Below, piece after piece: positions 11,601-20,683 of a DNA stretch of 64,000 nt (positions within the stretch are counted from its first letter, which is position 1; each line of letters starts with the position of its first letter). The position numbers were made by a program, and so were the translations under genes. The DNA lies in NCBI GenBank assembly GCA_944392695.1, contig CALXXN010000003.1, positions 48,617 to 112,616 on the forward strand, written 5' to 3'. Under the pieces are notes generated by a model. It ran no database searches, was not told the origin of the DNA, and saw only the letters and a list, made by a program, of their open reading frames with translations. This DNA is from an uncultured Spirochaetales bacterium. Its GTDB lineage: Bacteria; Spirochaetota; Spirochaetia; Sphaerochaetales; Sphaerochaetaceae.

Positions 11601-11698
11601 TCAGATGGAATACAATGCCTGACTTGAAGGTGGATGAGACCTGGGAGCAGGGGGTCAATGGAAACTGGACACCTGGCTCGAGCCTCTACGCCGATTGA
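8612..11698 (+). CDS. Large outer-membrane protein, LptD/OstA-like (putative)
   Basis: 1028 aa with a signal peptide ([24 protein letters not shown]). The OstA-like N-terminal region reads VSLSGDVEVSF...ASNMLLDPVAGRLSAYGGVRYRD. An LptD-like segment reads FLSIGRVPVLYMPAFFFPGSRL..NPAFGFNSSRGAFFSTTWEVFG. The rest is long, aromatic/Ser-rich and beta-barrel-like. Overlaps the uvrA end by 11 nt. Confidence 0.55.
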   Translation: MRHRLGILLLILLFLCTFLAAADEAAWFITNADEETLRSMAGVRGLDASLPLADLREALLAGREAFTTEEAASTGEGPWSLEVVKADDMEVLPSGLVSLSGDVEVSFTTAEGESPLSLMASNMLLDPVAGRLSAYGGVRYRDSASDAGLQEVDADIVTYLYDSGDLLVSGGTTTSERTNNEDESVTFHTTGTLLNYRAADGGMFFQDGYLTSNPDTAYSSITADSIALLSGGDMFLTGAFLSIGRVPVLYMPAFFFPGSRLAFNPAFGFNSSRGAFFSTTWEVFGTYPGFAEAEMSSFASLLRTSSDESMVSNGLYYEPGEPEGGLARWAVDSGSYLALLFDVYSSTGFLVGFDTLLKPFDGALTLSSESSIILGPENRYTLGNWRWYSLNEASLSNSYASLSFSLPIYSDPYVLREYSNRLTSFSIDSIFGASQDFPSTRTSTVSSYDAYLSGSIRLPSQLRTDWVSSLSLSSIRAGASFDWVAARNGEPGHYEISDITLPSFNFSMSGQLFRFSSDGTLSTEEAVDDGWDITQQFVLSDPLLYDLYVIEPERAAARSADEYFVSLGYSVSERFSHEFELDMETWQASEGQVSSNASVRFNLEAGLGRWLKMTETLTPGYLYEWDEADDGSQSHDFTLLSTSNVSLPFIGLEYELSTYLYKFSSDWDGNSWSEEEVLASFDRDNVRSHSLTFSQGIGSVDNYGRLTASLRYTLPPLSSSLEPRLGYRLGGFSAAFSWRFEEKEDGSFDYRSDDVALSLGYTGTHFTLSFSALYESADLETATSIWAPLDLTASASVRTADRRWALSGYVDWQASSGGEVDVFDDVRAVLTMPWLSFTWNMTTDDGRLRNEYFLVESDIEDIGLSFWYGRIRLNAILDARLRYDFLNPYSSSFSLTTGIGFSIAEFLDLNISLTTTNNGFYRYMEDGTFSFRLMWDDLMRSFDFIGDGRRNTQFNMESLDLELIHYMDDWDLHLRYTATLESRGRDYTWVPTFAIFLRWNTMPDLKVDETWEQGVNGNWTPGSSLYAD

Positions 11699-11708
11699 AG
11701 GGGGACAA

Positions 11709-12635
11709 TTGACTCTTTACTTCAACGACAGTGCCGAGATGGAGAAGGTGCTCGGCATCAATGATTCGAACCTCTCCTATCTTGAGTACCTGCATGGCGG
11801 GGACTTGCATCTCAAGGGCAACAGCCTGGCCTTCGAGGACCCTGATGGCCGTTTCAGCCGCTTCATGTCCTCTTTAATCGCCCAGTCGGGGCTTAGGGAT
11901 GAGCCCTTCGCGGAGAACGAGCTCTTCATGGAGTGGAAGGCCCAGGAGGAGGATGGTCCAGGAGGCGGTGGGGACAATCCCTCGATCATCGTCAATGGTC
12001 GGAGCTTATGGCCAAAGAGCCGGAGCCAGAAGCGTTACATCCGCAGCCTGCAATCCAACCAGGTCGTCTTCGCCACAGGCCCTGCTGGTACTGGCAAGAC
12101 CTATATAGCGATCGCCTATGCGCTGTCACAGGTGCTCACGGGGCACAAGCGCAAGATCGTGCTCACGCGCCCTGTCGTCGAGGCGGGGGAGAGCCTTGGT
12201 TTCCTCCCTGGTGATCTCTCCCAGAAACTCAATCCTTACTTGAAACCTCTTTATGATGCGATGGAGGCATTCCTCAATCCCGCCCAGGTCAGGCGGCTTG
12301 AGGAGACTGGTGTGATCGAGGTCTCGCCGCTGGCCTATATGCGTGGACGCTCGATCAATGGTGCTGTCGTGATCCTCGACGAGGCACAGAACACGACGGT
12401 GGGGCAGATGAAGATGTTCCTCACGCGTCTTGGTGAGGACAGCCAGGCGGTGGTCACGGGAGACCTGACGCAGGTCGACCTGCCACGCGGTACCCGTAGT
12501 GGACTTGTCCACGCCCTGTCCATCCTCCATGACATAGAAGGACTTGATGTGGTAGCATTCCATTCAGCGGATATCATCCGCTCAAGGCTGGTCAAGGCCA
12601 TCATAGGCTGTTACCAGGAGGAGGAAGAGAGGTGA
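11709..12635 (+). CDS. phoH: PhoH family ATPase
   Basis: Walker A GPAGTGKTYIAIA and a Walker B-like VVILDEAQN. The ORF track opens at 11634, but that extension overlaps the upstream gene. An in-frame TTG at 11709 follows GAAGGGGG, so I prefer it. The stop coordinate is firm. Confidence 0.88.
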   Translation: MTLYFNDSAEMEKVLGINDSNLSYLEYLHGGDLHLKGNSLAFEDPDGRFSRFMSSLIAQSGLRDEPFAENELFMEWKAQEEDGPGGGGDNPSIIVNGRSLWPKSRSQKRYIRSLQSNQVVFATGPAGTGKTYIAIAYALSQVLTGHKRKIVLTRPVVEAGESLGFLPGDLSQKLNPYLKPLYDAMEAFLNPAQVRRLEETGVIEVSPLAYMRGRSINGAVVILDEAQNTTVGQMKMFLTRLGEDSQAVVTGDLTQVDLPRGTRSGLVHALSILHDIEGLDVVAFHSADIIRSRLVKAIIGCYQEEEER

Positions 12636-14851
12636 TAACTGGTTCGAGTCCGCTCTTCACTGATGGACGTGAGAAATACCCGGTCCGTACCGCGGCATTG
12701 CTGTGCCTCCTCTTCATCATCATCACGGCCCTCGCTGTCGTCATACCGATACTGATCCAGTCGAACTCCCTTTACAGCGTTGAACTCTTGTACGACTACC
12801 GTCCAGGAGAGCTGGCGAACGAGGATGTGATCGCCCCCTATGACTTCTCCTTTGATGATGAGATCGCCACCCAGGCGGCCAGGGAGGAGAACGCAAGGCG
12901 TGTCCTGCCTCAGTTCGATTTCTCAATGACGCAGACCTACAGCAGCGTCAACAGGGCAAAGGCCCTCGCCGATGCCTTGATGGATGAGGACTCGGATGTC
13001 GCGGCACTGGCCACTGAGTATGGGATCTCCGAGCCGGAAGCCTTCGCCACCGCCTGGTCGCTGATCTCCCAGGAGGACAAGGCCGTCGTGCTGCAGATCT
13101 TCCAGGAGACGCTTGAGTATTTCCTCCACCAGGGCATATTCCAGCAATCCCAGCTGAATGACATCACCGCCCAGGGCTATACCTTGGTCCAGTCCGCCCT
13201 GCCTGCGGACGATAGCTATGAGCTGGTCAACAGCATGGCCTATGTCAGCGGCGTGGTCAGCGATGACTCCCTCAACGAGGCTGTCATAGATTACCTTGAC
13301 AACTATACGGTGATACTTCCCGCATCATCTTTCTCGATCCTGATGCGCCTGATCGATGCCTTCGACACTCCAAACGTCCTCTACGACGAGCTGGAGACGG
13401 AGCGCCTCCGGACAGAGGCCAGGGAGCAGACCCCGACCGTCCAGGCCGAGATCCACAGGGGTGACTACATCCTGCGCTACGATACGATCGTCACTGAACA
13501 GGCCCTGCAGACGATCAGGCAGATCAACGGGCTCACAGTCGACGTCTCCGTACCCCAGCTGATCGCCCAGGTGCTCTTCCTCGCGATCGTGCTCTACGTC
13601 GCCCTGCATTTCCTCACGGCCTTCATCGAACGCAAGTACCGTGTCCTGACATATACCTTGATCTTCATGATCGGCCTCCTGGTCGTACTGGTCGTGACCT
13701 ACCTGTGCATCTTCTACTTCCAGCAGGTTGGGGATTCGGTCAACCAGATGGTCCCCTTCCTCTTCCTTCCACTGCTGATGTGCCTCCTGACGAGCCAGAA
13801 GAGGGTGGGCTTCGTGGCAGGTGCCGTCTTCGCCTGCCTCACGCTCTTCTTCCCGACGACGGGCCTGATGACCTTCTTCTACTTCCTGTGCAGCATCGAG
13901 GTCTCCCTCCTGCTGGTCCGTTTCGGAGTCACAAGGCTCGACATGATCTACCAGGCCTTCTACTCGGCCCTGGCCAATGTGCTGATCACATTGGTCTTCC
14001 ACTTCATCGAAGGGCGGGAGCTGATCCATCTCTTCACTGAGATTGTTGGCGTCAGTGTCAATGTCGTGCTCACCTACGTCCTGTTGACAGTCCTGCTGCC
14101 TGTCCTTGAGCGCTTCATGAACATACCTACGGTATTCCGCTTGAACGAGCTTGCCTCGACGACGAGCCCTGTCCTTGTCAGGTTGCGCACCCAGGCGATT
14201 GGCACCTACAACCACAGCATGAACGTCTCAGACATGGCCTACAACGCCGCACGTGAGATCGGAGCCAACAGCGAGCTCGCCAAGGTCGGTGGGCTCTACC
14301 ATGATATCGGCAAGGCCGAACACCCTGAGTACTTCATTGAGAACCAGGGAGGGGGCCCGAACATCCATGATGAGATGAAATACACGCTCTCGGCCGCTGT
14401 GATCAAGAGCCATGTCAAGCTCGGAGTGGAGAAGGGCAAGGAGGCCGGCCTTCCCCAGGAGGTCCTGGACATCATCGAACAGCATCATGGCAATGATGTG
14501 ATCAGCTTCTTCTACAACAAGGCCCTTGAGGAGGCGAAGGCTTCCAAGACGCCTGTCCAGGTCAACGAGGAGGACTTCCGCTACACGAGCGACATACCTC
14601 AGACGAAGGAAGCAGGCATCGTCATGCTTGCGGATTGCTTCGAGGCGGCCAGCCGCACCTTGAAGAAGCCGACGACACAGCGTTATGAGAAGCTCTTCAC
14701 ATCCATACTCGTTGGCAAGATGAACGCCAACCAGCTTGATGAGTGCAAGCTCTCGATGTCTGACATCGAGAAGATCAAACGTGTCTTCGTGCATCAGGCC
14801 TTCGGGCGTGACCATATGAGGATCCAGTATCCAGGAAAGGAAAATGATTGA
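12632..14851 (+). CDS. 7TM-receptor/HD (HDIG) domain phosphohydrolase, PgpH/YqfF-like
   Basis: 739 aa: an extracellular N-terminal region, a block of about 7 TM helices (aa about 320-500) and a C-terminal HD domain with GGLYHDIGK. Sits in the conserved phoH-yqfF-ybeY order. GTGA overlap with phoH. Confidence 0.85.
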   Translation: MITGSSPLFTDGREKYPVRTAALLCLLFIIITALAVVIPILIQSNSLYSVELLYDYRPGELANEDVIAPYDFSFDDEIATQAAREENARRVLPQFDFSMTQTYSSVNRAKALADALMDEDSDVAALATEYGISEPEAFATAWSLISQEDKAVVLQIFQETLEYFLHQGIFQQSQLNDITAQGYTLVQSALPADDSYELVNSMAYVSGVVSDDSLNEAVIDYLDNYTVILPASSFSILMRLIDAFDTPNVLYDELETERLRTEAREQTPTVQAEIHRGDYILRYDTIVTEQALQTIRQINGLTVDVSVPQLIAQVLFLAIVLYVALHFLTAFIERKYRVLTYTLIFMIGLLVVLVVTYLCIFYFQQVGDSVNQMVPFLFLPLLMCLLTSQKRVGFVAGAVFACLTLFFPTTGLMTFFYFLCSIEVSLLLVRFGVTRLDMIYQAFYSALANVLITLVFHFIEGRELIHLFTEIVGVSVNVVLTYVLLTVLLPVLERFMNIPTVFRLNELASTTSPVLVRLRTQAIGTYNHSMNVSDMAYNAAREIGANSELAKVGGLYHDIGKAEHPEYFIENQGGGPNIHDEMKYTLSAAVIKSHVKLGVEKGKEAGLPQEVLDIIEQHHGNDVISFFYNKALEEAKASKTPVQVNEEDFRYTSDIPQTKEAGIVMLADCFEAASRTLKKPTTQRYEKLFTSILVGKMNANQLDECKLSMSDIEKIKRVFVHQAFGRDHMRIQYPGKEND

Positions 14852-15314
14852 CTACGACATCATCTATGAGGATGAGTCCTTCCGGGACAGGGCGCCGGAG
14901 GACTTCGTCAGGCATGTGATCACCCGTCTTGCCCCTGCCATCCTTGGTGATGGTTCCTTCTCGCTCTCATTTGTCTCCCCTGGGACGATCCAGGAGGCGA
15001 ACAGGACCTGGCGTGGCATCGACAGCCCGACCGACATACTCTCCTTCGCTCTTGAGGACGAGGGGGATGGGGAGGACCCCTTCATCATGGATCCTGACGA
15101 AGGTCGCCAGCTTGGAGACATCCTGGTCTGCCTCGATGCCATGGATGAGAACGCGGCCCTTTATGCCGCATCCTCCAGGGAGGAGCTGCTCAGGCTCTTG
15201 ATCCATGGCATGCTCCATCTTTCGGGAGAGGACCATGAGACGAATGATTTCGCCACTGAACCCATGCTCGTCCGTCAGGAAACCTTGTTGCAGGAAAACA
15301 AGGACCTGTTGTAG
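14844..15314 (+). CDS. ybeY: rRNA maturation endoribonuclease YbeY
   Basis: 156 aa with the zinc motif IHGMLHLSGEDHE. Overlaps the upstream HD gene by 8 nt. Confidence 0.9.
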   Translation: MIDYDIIYEDESFRDRAPEDFVRHVITRLAPAILGDGSFSLSFVSPGTIQEANRTWRGIDSPTDILSFALEDEGDGEDPFIMDPDEGRQLGDILVCLDAMDENAALYAASSREELLRLLIHGMLHLSGEDHETNDFATEPMLVRQETLLQENKDLL

Positions 15315-15323
15315 TCTTGCCCC

Positions 15324-16199
15324 ATGACGCTTGAAGAGATCAAGAAGCAAGAACCCTGGGTAGCCCGGGGCACAATCGTATTCATGTCTGATTTCGGCCT
15401 TGTCGATGGTGCCGTGTGCGCCATGCATGGAGTCGCAGACGAGGTCTGCCAGCACCTCAAGCTGGAAGACCTGACACACGAGATCCCCCAGTTCAACATC
15501 TGGGAGGCGAGTTACCGCCTCATCCAGGCCCTGACTTACTGGGCCCCTGGCACTGTGTTCGTCTCAGTTGTCGACCCTGGTGTCGGTTCACAGCGTGAGT
15601 CGGTCGCTGTCATCACGAAGACAGGTCATGTCATCGTGACTCCAGACAACGGGACGCTCACCCATGTCGAGCGCCAGGTCGGCATACTCGAACGCCGCCG
15701 GATCAGCGAGGCTGTCAACCGGCTTTCTGGAAGCCAGCGCAGCTATACCTTCCATGGACGTGACGTATATGCCTATACTGGTGCCCGCCTTGCTGCGGGA
15801 GTGATCACTTTTGATGAGGTGGGACCTCTTCTGGACAGGCAGCCTGTCATGCTCTCCGTCCAGGATCCTGTCGTCAAGGACGGTGCCCTCTACGGCTCTA
15901 TCGATATCCTTGACACGCGCTATGGTTCGTTGTGGACGAACATCCCTGACACGATGCTGATGGATTACGGTGTGAAGCATGGTGACATGCTCAGTGTGAC
16001 GATCAGCCATGAGGGACGCATCGTCTACGGCTACAAGCTGCGTTTCTGCCGCAACTTCACTGAAGTCGCCCTTGGGGAGGGCCTGGTCTATGTCAACAGC
16101 CTCCTCAATGTCGCCCTTGCCCTCAACCAGGGTTCTTTCTCCGATACCTATGGCATAGGCACGGGGGAGGGCTGGTTGATACGGATCGAGCGCGGCTGA
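15324..16199 (+). CDS. SAM hydroxide adenosyltransferase family protein (DUF62 / SAM-cleaving, fluorinase-chlorinase superfamily)
   Basis: 291 aa. N-terminus TIVFMSDFGLVDGAVCAMHGV, followed by VVDPGVGSQRE and TFHGRDVYAY, which I recognise as DUF62-type signatures. Confidence 0.7.
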   Translation: MTLEEIKKQEPWVARGTIVFMSDFGLVDGAVCAMHGVADEVCQHLKLEDLTHEIPQFNIWEASYRLIQALTYWAPGTVFVSVVDPGVGSQRESVAVITKTGHVIVTPDNGTLTHVERQVGILERRRISEAVNRLSGSQRSYTFHGRDVYAYTGARLAAGVITFDEVGPLLDRQPVMLSVQDPVVKDGALYGSIDILDTRYGSLWTNIPDTMLMDYGVKHGDMLSVTISHEGRIVYGYKLRFCRNFTEVALGEGLVYVNSLLNVALALNQGSFSDTYGIGTGEGWLIRIERG

Positions 16200-16232
16200 A
16201 TAAAAGAACAACACACTCTTTGGAGGAATAAA

Positions 16233-16796
16233 ATGGCAAAAAAGAACATCAATTATGCCAAGACTGTCGTCATCATCGCCATCGGGGCCGCCCTCTATGG
16301 CTTTGGTGGTCTCCTGTCCATCCCCGTCTTCGCAAACACGACGCTGAAGCCGGCAATGGCCATCCTGGCCCTCTTCGCAGCCCTCTGGGGACCAGTCGTC
16401 GGCGTCCTGGTCGGTTTCATCGGCCACTGCATCACAGACCTCGTCTATGGACAGATCTGGTTCAGCTGGGCCCTTGGCAGCGCCCTTGTCGGCCTGATGA
16501 TGGGTTTCTATCCCTACCTGACCGGCCGCTCGCTTGAGAAGGGTGTCTTCGGTGGCAAGCAGGTCCTCCTCTACACGGTCATGGCCTTCGTCGCCAACTT
16601 CATCGGCTACCTGGTCTCCGCTGTCATCGACAACCTGGCTTACGCCGAGCCCTGGGGCAAGGTCATCGTCCAGCAGCTGGTCGCCACAGTCTCCAACACT
16701 GTCGTCATCGGCATCCTCGGCAGCGCCCTGATGCTCCTGGTCGCCAAGAAGTTCGCTTCCTCGGTCAGCCTCTCCGTCGACGAAGATTACAAGTGA
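16233..16796 (+). CDS. ECF transporter substrate-specific (S) component, substrate unknown
   Basis: 187 aa with about 6 TM helices, small and very hydrophobic. Its stop lies 1 nt before the fused ECF ATPase/T gene. AGGAATAAAATG RBS context. Confidence 0.6.
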   Translation: MAKKNINYAKTVVIIAIGAALYGFGGLLSIPVFANTTLKPAMAILALFAALWGPVVGVLVGFIGHCITDLVYGQIWFSWALGSALVGLMMGFYPYLTGRSLEKGVFGGKQVLLYTVMAFVANFIGYLVSAVIDNLAYAEPWGKVIVQQLVATVSNTVVIGILGSALMLLVAKKFASSVSLSVDEDYK

Positions 16797-16797
16797 G

Positions 16798-19410
16798 ATG
16801 ATAGAGTTCTCCCATTTCTCGTTCCGCTACAAGAGCCAGAAGGAGGCAACCCTGCATGACATCGACCTGGTCGTGCGCGATGGGGAGAAGATCCTCATCG
16901 CCGGGGCGTCAGGCAGTGGCAAGTCCACACTTGGAAGTTGCATCAACGGCCTGATCCCCCACGCCCTGGGCGGTGTGATCGAAGGCAGCCTGAAGGTCGG
17001 CGGCCACGAGACAAGGGAGAGCGGGATCTATGAGCTCAGCAAGTCCGTCGGCACCGTCCTCCAGGACACCGACGGACAGTTCGTCGGCCTCACGGTCGGC
17101 GAGGACATCGCATTCTCGCTTGAAAACCAGATGGTCGATGTCCCGACCATGCACGAGACTGTCAGGAAGGCGGCCGCCATCGTCTCGATGGAGGACTTCC
17201 TCGACAGCAGCCCTGACAAGCTGTCTGGTGGTCAGAAGCAGCGTGTCGCCCTCTCCGGCGTCCTGGTCGACGATGTCGACATACTGCTTTTCGATGAGCC
17301 TCTTGCCGCCCTCGATCCGGCCACTGGCCAGCTCGCGATGGAGCTGATCGACCAGCTCCACGAGGAGACCGGCAAGACAATCATCATCATCGAGCACAGG
17401 ATCGAGGATGTGCTCCACCGGCCGATCGACCGCATCGTCCTGGTCGACGAGGGGCGCATAGTCATGGATGACAGCCCAGCCCACGTGCTCCAGTCTGGCA
17501 TCCTGGTGGAGAAGGGCATAAGGGAACCCCTTTATGTCAGCGCGCTCAAGGCCGCAGGTTGTGACATAAGCGGCGATGAGTCGATTGCCGACATCGACAA
17601 GCTCGACATCAGCCCCTACCGTGGCAAGCTGGAGTCCTGGTACAGGGCCAGCCGCCGGCATGGCGAGGAGGTCCAGGGGGAGGTCGCGCTTTCCTTCAAG
17701 GATGTCTCATTCTCATATGATGGAAAGCGTAATGCCCTCAATGGCATCACTTTCTCCGTGCGCAAGGGCGAGATGGTCGCCGTGCTTGGCAAGAACGGTG
17801 CCGGCAAGAGCACGCTTGCATCCCTACTGACAGGAATCCTGCTTCCTGACAGTGGGGTGATCGAGATCGAGGGCCGCGACGCCGCGTCAGACTCGATCGC
17901 AGAGCGCAGCCTCAAGGTCGGCTACGTGATGCAGAACCCCAACCACATGATCAGCAATGTCCTGATTTATGACGAGGTCGCCTTTGGGCTCAGGCAGCGT
18001 GGGGTCCCCGAGGACGAGGTCAGGCGCCGTGTCATGGACACTCTGAAGCTCTGTTCCCTTGCGGAATACAACAAGTGGCCGGTCAGCGCCTTGAGCTACG
18101 GCCAGAAGAAACGTGTGACAATAGCCTCCATCCTGGTCATGGAGCCTTCGATCCTGATTCTTGACGAGCCTACGGCAGGACAGGACCTGAGGCGCTACAC
18201 CGCGATGATGAGCTTCCTGGAGGAGGTCAACCGCAAGACAGGTGTGACCATACTCTTCGTCACCCATGACCTCCATCTTGCGCTCGAGTACACAAGCCGT
18301 GCCATAGTCCTCTCAGACGGGCAGTTGCTTGCTGATGCCCCCGTCAGCCAGGTCTTTGCTGATGAGGAACTCCTCGAGAGGGCCAACTTGAAGGTCACAA
18401 GCCTGTACAGCCTCGCGATGAAGCTTGGCCTTGATGAGGCGGGGGCCGCCCACCTGATCGAGGACTTCATCATCGATGAGCGGCGTAAGCGGGGCCTGGA
18501 TGAGGAGGAAGAGGAGGGTGTCTCCGAGGTCCGCCGTCCAGGGGTCCGTGGTGTGCGCAAGGAACGTGTCGCCCGCAAGCCGTTGCGTTTCAACGTCTCA
18601 TACTGGCCAGGGGATAGCCCCATACACCGCCTGAATGGCCTGACCAAGCTCATGGCCCTGGTCACCTGGCTCGCCGTCTGCCTTGTCAGCTTTGATGCCC
18701 GCATTCTTGCCCTGATGCTCGTGGCAGGCTTCACGATGCTCGCACTGAGCAAGGTCCCTGGCCGGATCTACCGTCCCATCGTCATACTGGTCTGTGTCTC
18801 TGTCGCCTTGAACGCCTTGTTCATCTACCTCTTCTCTCCAGGGCAGGGTACTGAGTTCATTGGAACGCGCACCTTGCTCTTCGGACTTCCCGATACGCGT
18901 TACACCCCGACTGCCGAGACACTCTGGTACCTCCTTGTCGTGTGCATGAAGTACTTCGCCATCTGCCCTGTCGCAATCAGCTTCATCTATTGCACGCAGC
19001 CAAGCGCCTTCGCCTGTTCACTAAACCGCATGGGCATAGGTTACAAGGTCTCCTACGCCGTGTCCCTGGCCTTCCGCTACATCCCTGTGATCATGTCCGA
19101 TTATTCCAACATCCGTGACAGCCAGGCATGCAGGGGGGTCGAGATGAGTGACAAGGCTCCGCTTAAGGACCGTATCGCGACCGTGACGAAGACACTGGCA
19201 CCCCTGATCCTCTCGGCGATCGATAAGATCGACATCATCACGAACGCCATGGTCCTGCGAGGTTTCGGACGGGCTGACAAGAGGACCTGGTACCGGACAA
19301 GCCGCCTGCGCGCAGGTGATTGGATCCTCATCGTGTTGATGATCCTGGTCCTGGCCTTCACCATCTGGTCACGCTATGGCAATGGGGTGATGTTCTGGTA
19401 TCCATTCTGA
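16798..19410 (+). CDS. Fused ECF transporter energizing module: EcfA-EcfA'-EcfT in one polypeptide
   Basis: 870 aa. Two ABC ATPase modules: Walker A GASGSGKST and GKNGAGKST, signatures LSGGQKQR and LSYGQKKR, Walker B LLFDEP and LILDEP. A charged linker follows (DEEEEEGVSEVRRPGVRGVRKER). The C-terminal part is about 280 aa, multi-TM and CbiQ/EcfT-like, with Arg-Gly coupling-helix motifs (QACRGVE, MVLRGFG). Confidence 0.85.
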   Translation: MIEFSHFSFRYKSQKEATLHDIDLVVRDGEKILIAGASGSGKSTLGSCINGLIPHALGGVIEGSLKVGGHETRESGIYELSKSVGTVLQDTDGQFVGLTVGEDIAFSLENQMVDVPTMHETVRKAAAIVSMEDFLDSSPDKLSGGQKQRVALSGVLVDDVDILLFDEPLAALDPATGQLAMELIDQLHEETGKTIIIIEHRIEDVLHRPIDRIVLVDEGRIVMDDSPAHVLQSGILVEKGIREPLYVSALKAAGCDISGDESIADIDKLDISPYRGKLESWYRASRRHGEEVQGEVALSFKDVSFSYDGKRNALNGITFSVRKGEMVAVLGKNGAGKSTLASLLTGILLPDSGVIEIEGRDAASDSIAERSLKVGYVMQNPNHMISNVLIYDEVAFGLRQRGVPEDEVRRRVMDTLKLCSLAEYNKWPVSALSYGQKKRVTIASILVMEPSILILDEPTAGQDLRRYTAMMSFLEEVNRKTGVTILFVTHDLHLALEYTSRAIVLSDGQLLADAPVSQVFADEELLERANLKVTSLYSLAMKLGLDEAGAAHLIEDFIIDERRKRGLDEEEEEGVSEVRRPGVRGVRKERVARKPLRFNVSYWPGDSPIHRLNGLTKLMALVTWLAVCLVSFDARILALMLVAGFTMLALSKVPGRIYRPIVILVCVSVALNALFIYLFSPGQGTEFIGTRTLLFGLPDTRYTPTAETLWYLLVVCMKYFAICPVAISFIYCTQPSAFACSLNRMGIGYKVSYAVSLAFRYIPVIMSDYSNIRDSQACRGVEMSDKAPLKDRIATVTKTLAPLILSAIDKIDIITNAMVLRGFGRADKRTWYRTSRLRAGDWILIVLMILVLAFTIWSRYGNGVMFWYPF

Positions 19411-19513
19411 TGAATTAATGTGAAAGCCGTCGCATCATGCGCACAGCTTTCACTATTGCAACTTCAAGTTGTCTCAAAACGACTTATGAGGGCGTCCCGT
19501 GAAAGTCTTTTCG

Positions 19514-19542
19514 TTGACTAGTGGACGCCCTTTGATTATAGT
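19514..19542 (+). promoter_or_regulatory. Sigma70-type promoter candidate for the gap-pgk-tpiA-secG cluster
   Basis: TTGACT (19514-19519), a 17-nt spacer, then TATAGT (19537-19542), about 45 nt upstream of the gap ATG (RBS AAAGGAGA). It is embedded in a 9-bp inverted repeat AGGGCGTCC/GGACGCCCT (19490-19498 / 19523-19531), which could be the terminator of the upstream ECF gene. Confidence 0.5.
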
Positions 19543-19569
19543 AATTGGAGATTGAAATCAGAATTCTAG

Positions 19570-20595
<1,026 letters not shown>

Positions 20596-20638
20596 GAAAG
20601 GGTCTGATCCAGACCACTCGCCATGAGCGGACAATACG

Positions 20639-20664
20639 GGGCCTGCCGCTTTGGCAGGCCCTTT
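20639..20664 (+). terminator. GC-rich hairpin between gap and pgk (weak terminator or attenuator)
   Basis: GGGCCTGCC (20639-47), loop GCTTT, GGCAGGCCC (20653-61), then TTT. The U-tract is short, so read-through into pgk is likely. Confidence 0.4.
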
Positions 20665-20683
20665 CCATTAGTGAGGTAAACAA

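Noticed and set aside
15315-16232. A TPP or other riboswitch controlling the ECF transporter (by analogy with ykoEDC).
   Set aside because: The gaps are only 9 nt (15315-15323) and 33 nt (16200-16232), too short for any aptamer.
19420-19453. The inverted repeat GTGAAAGC-N18-GCTTTCAC just after the ECF gene, as a terminator.
   Set aside because: The loop is long (18 nt) and there is no U-tract. The second hairpin, at 19490-19531, is a better terminator candidate.
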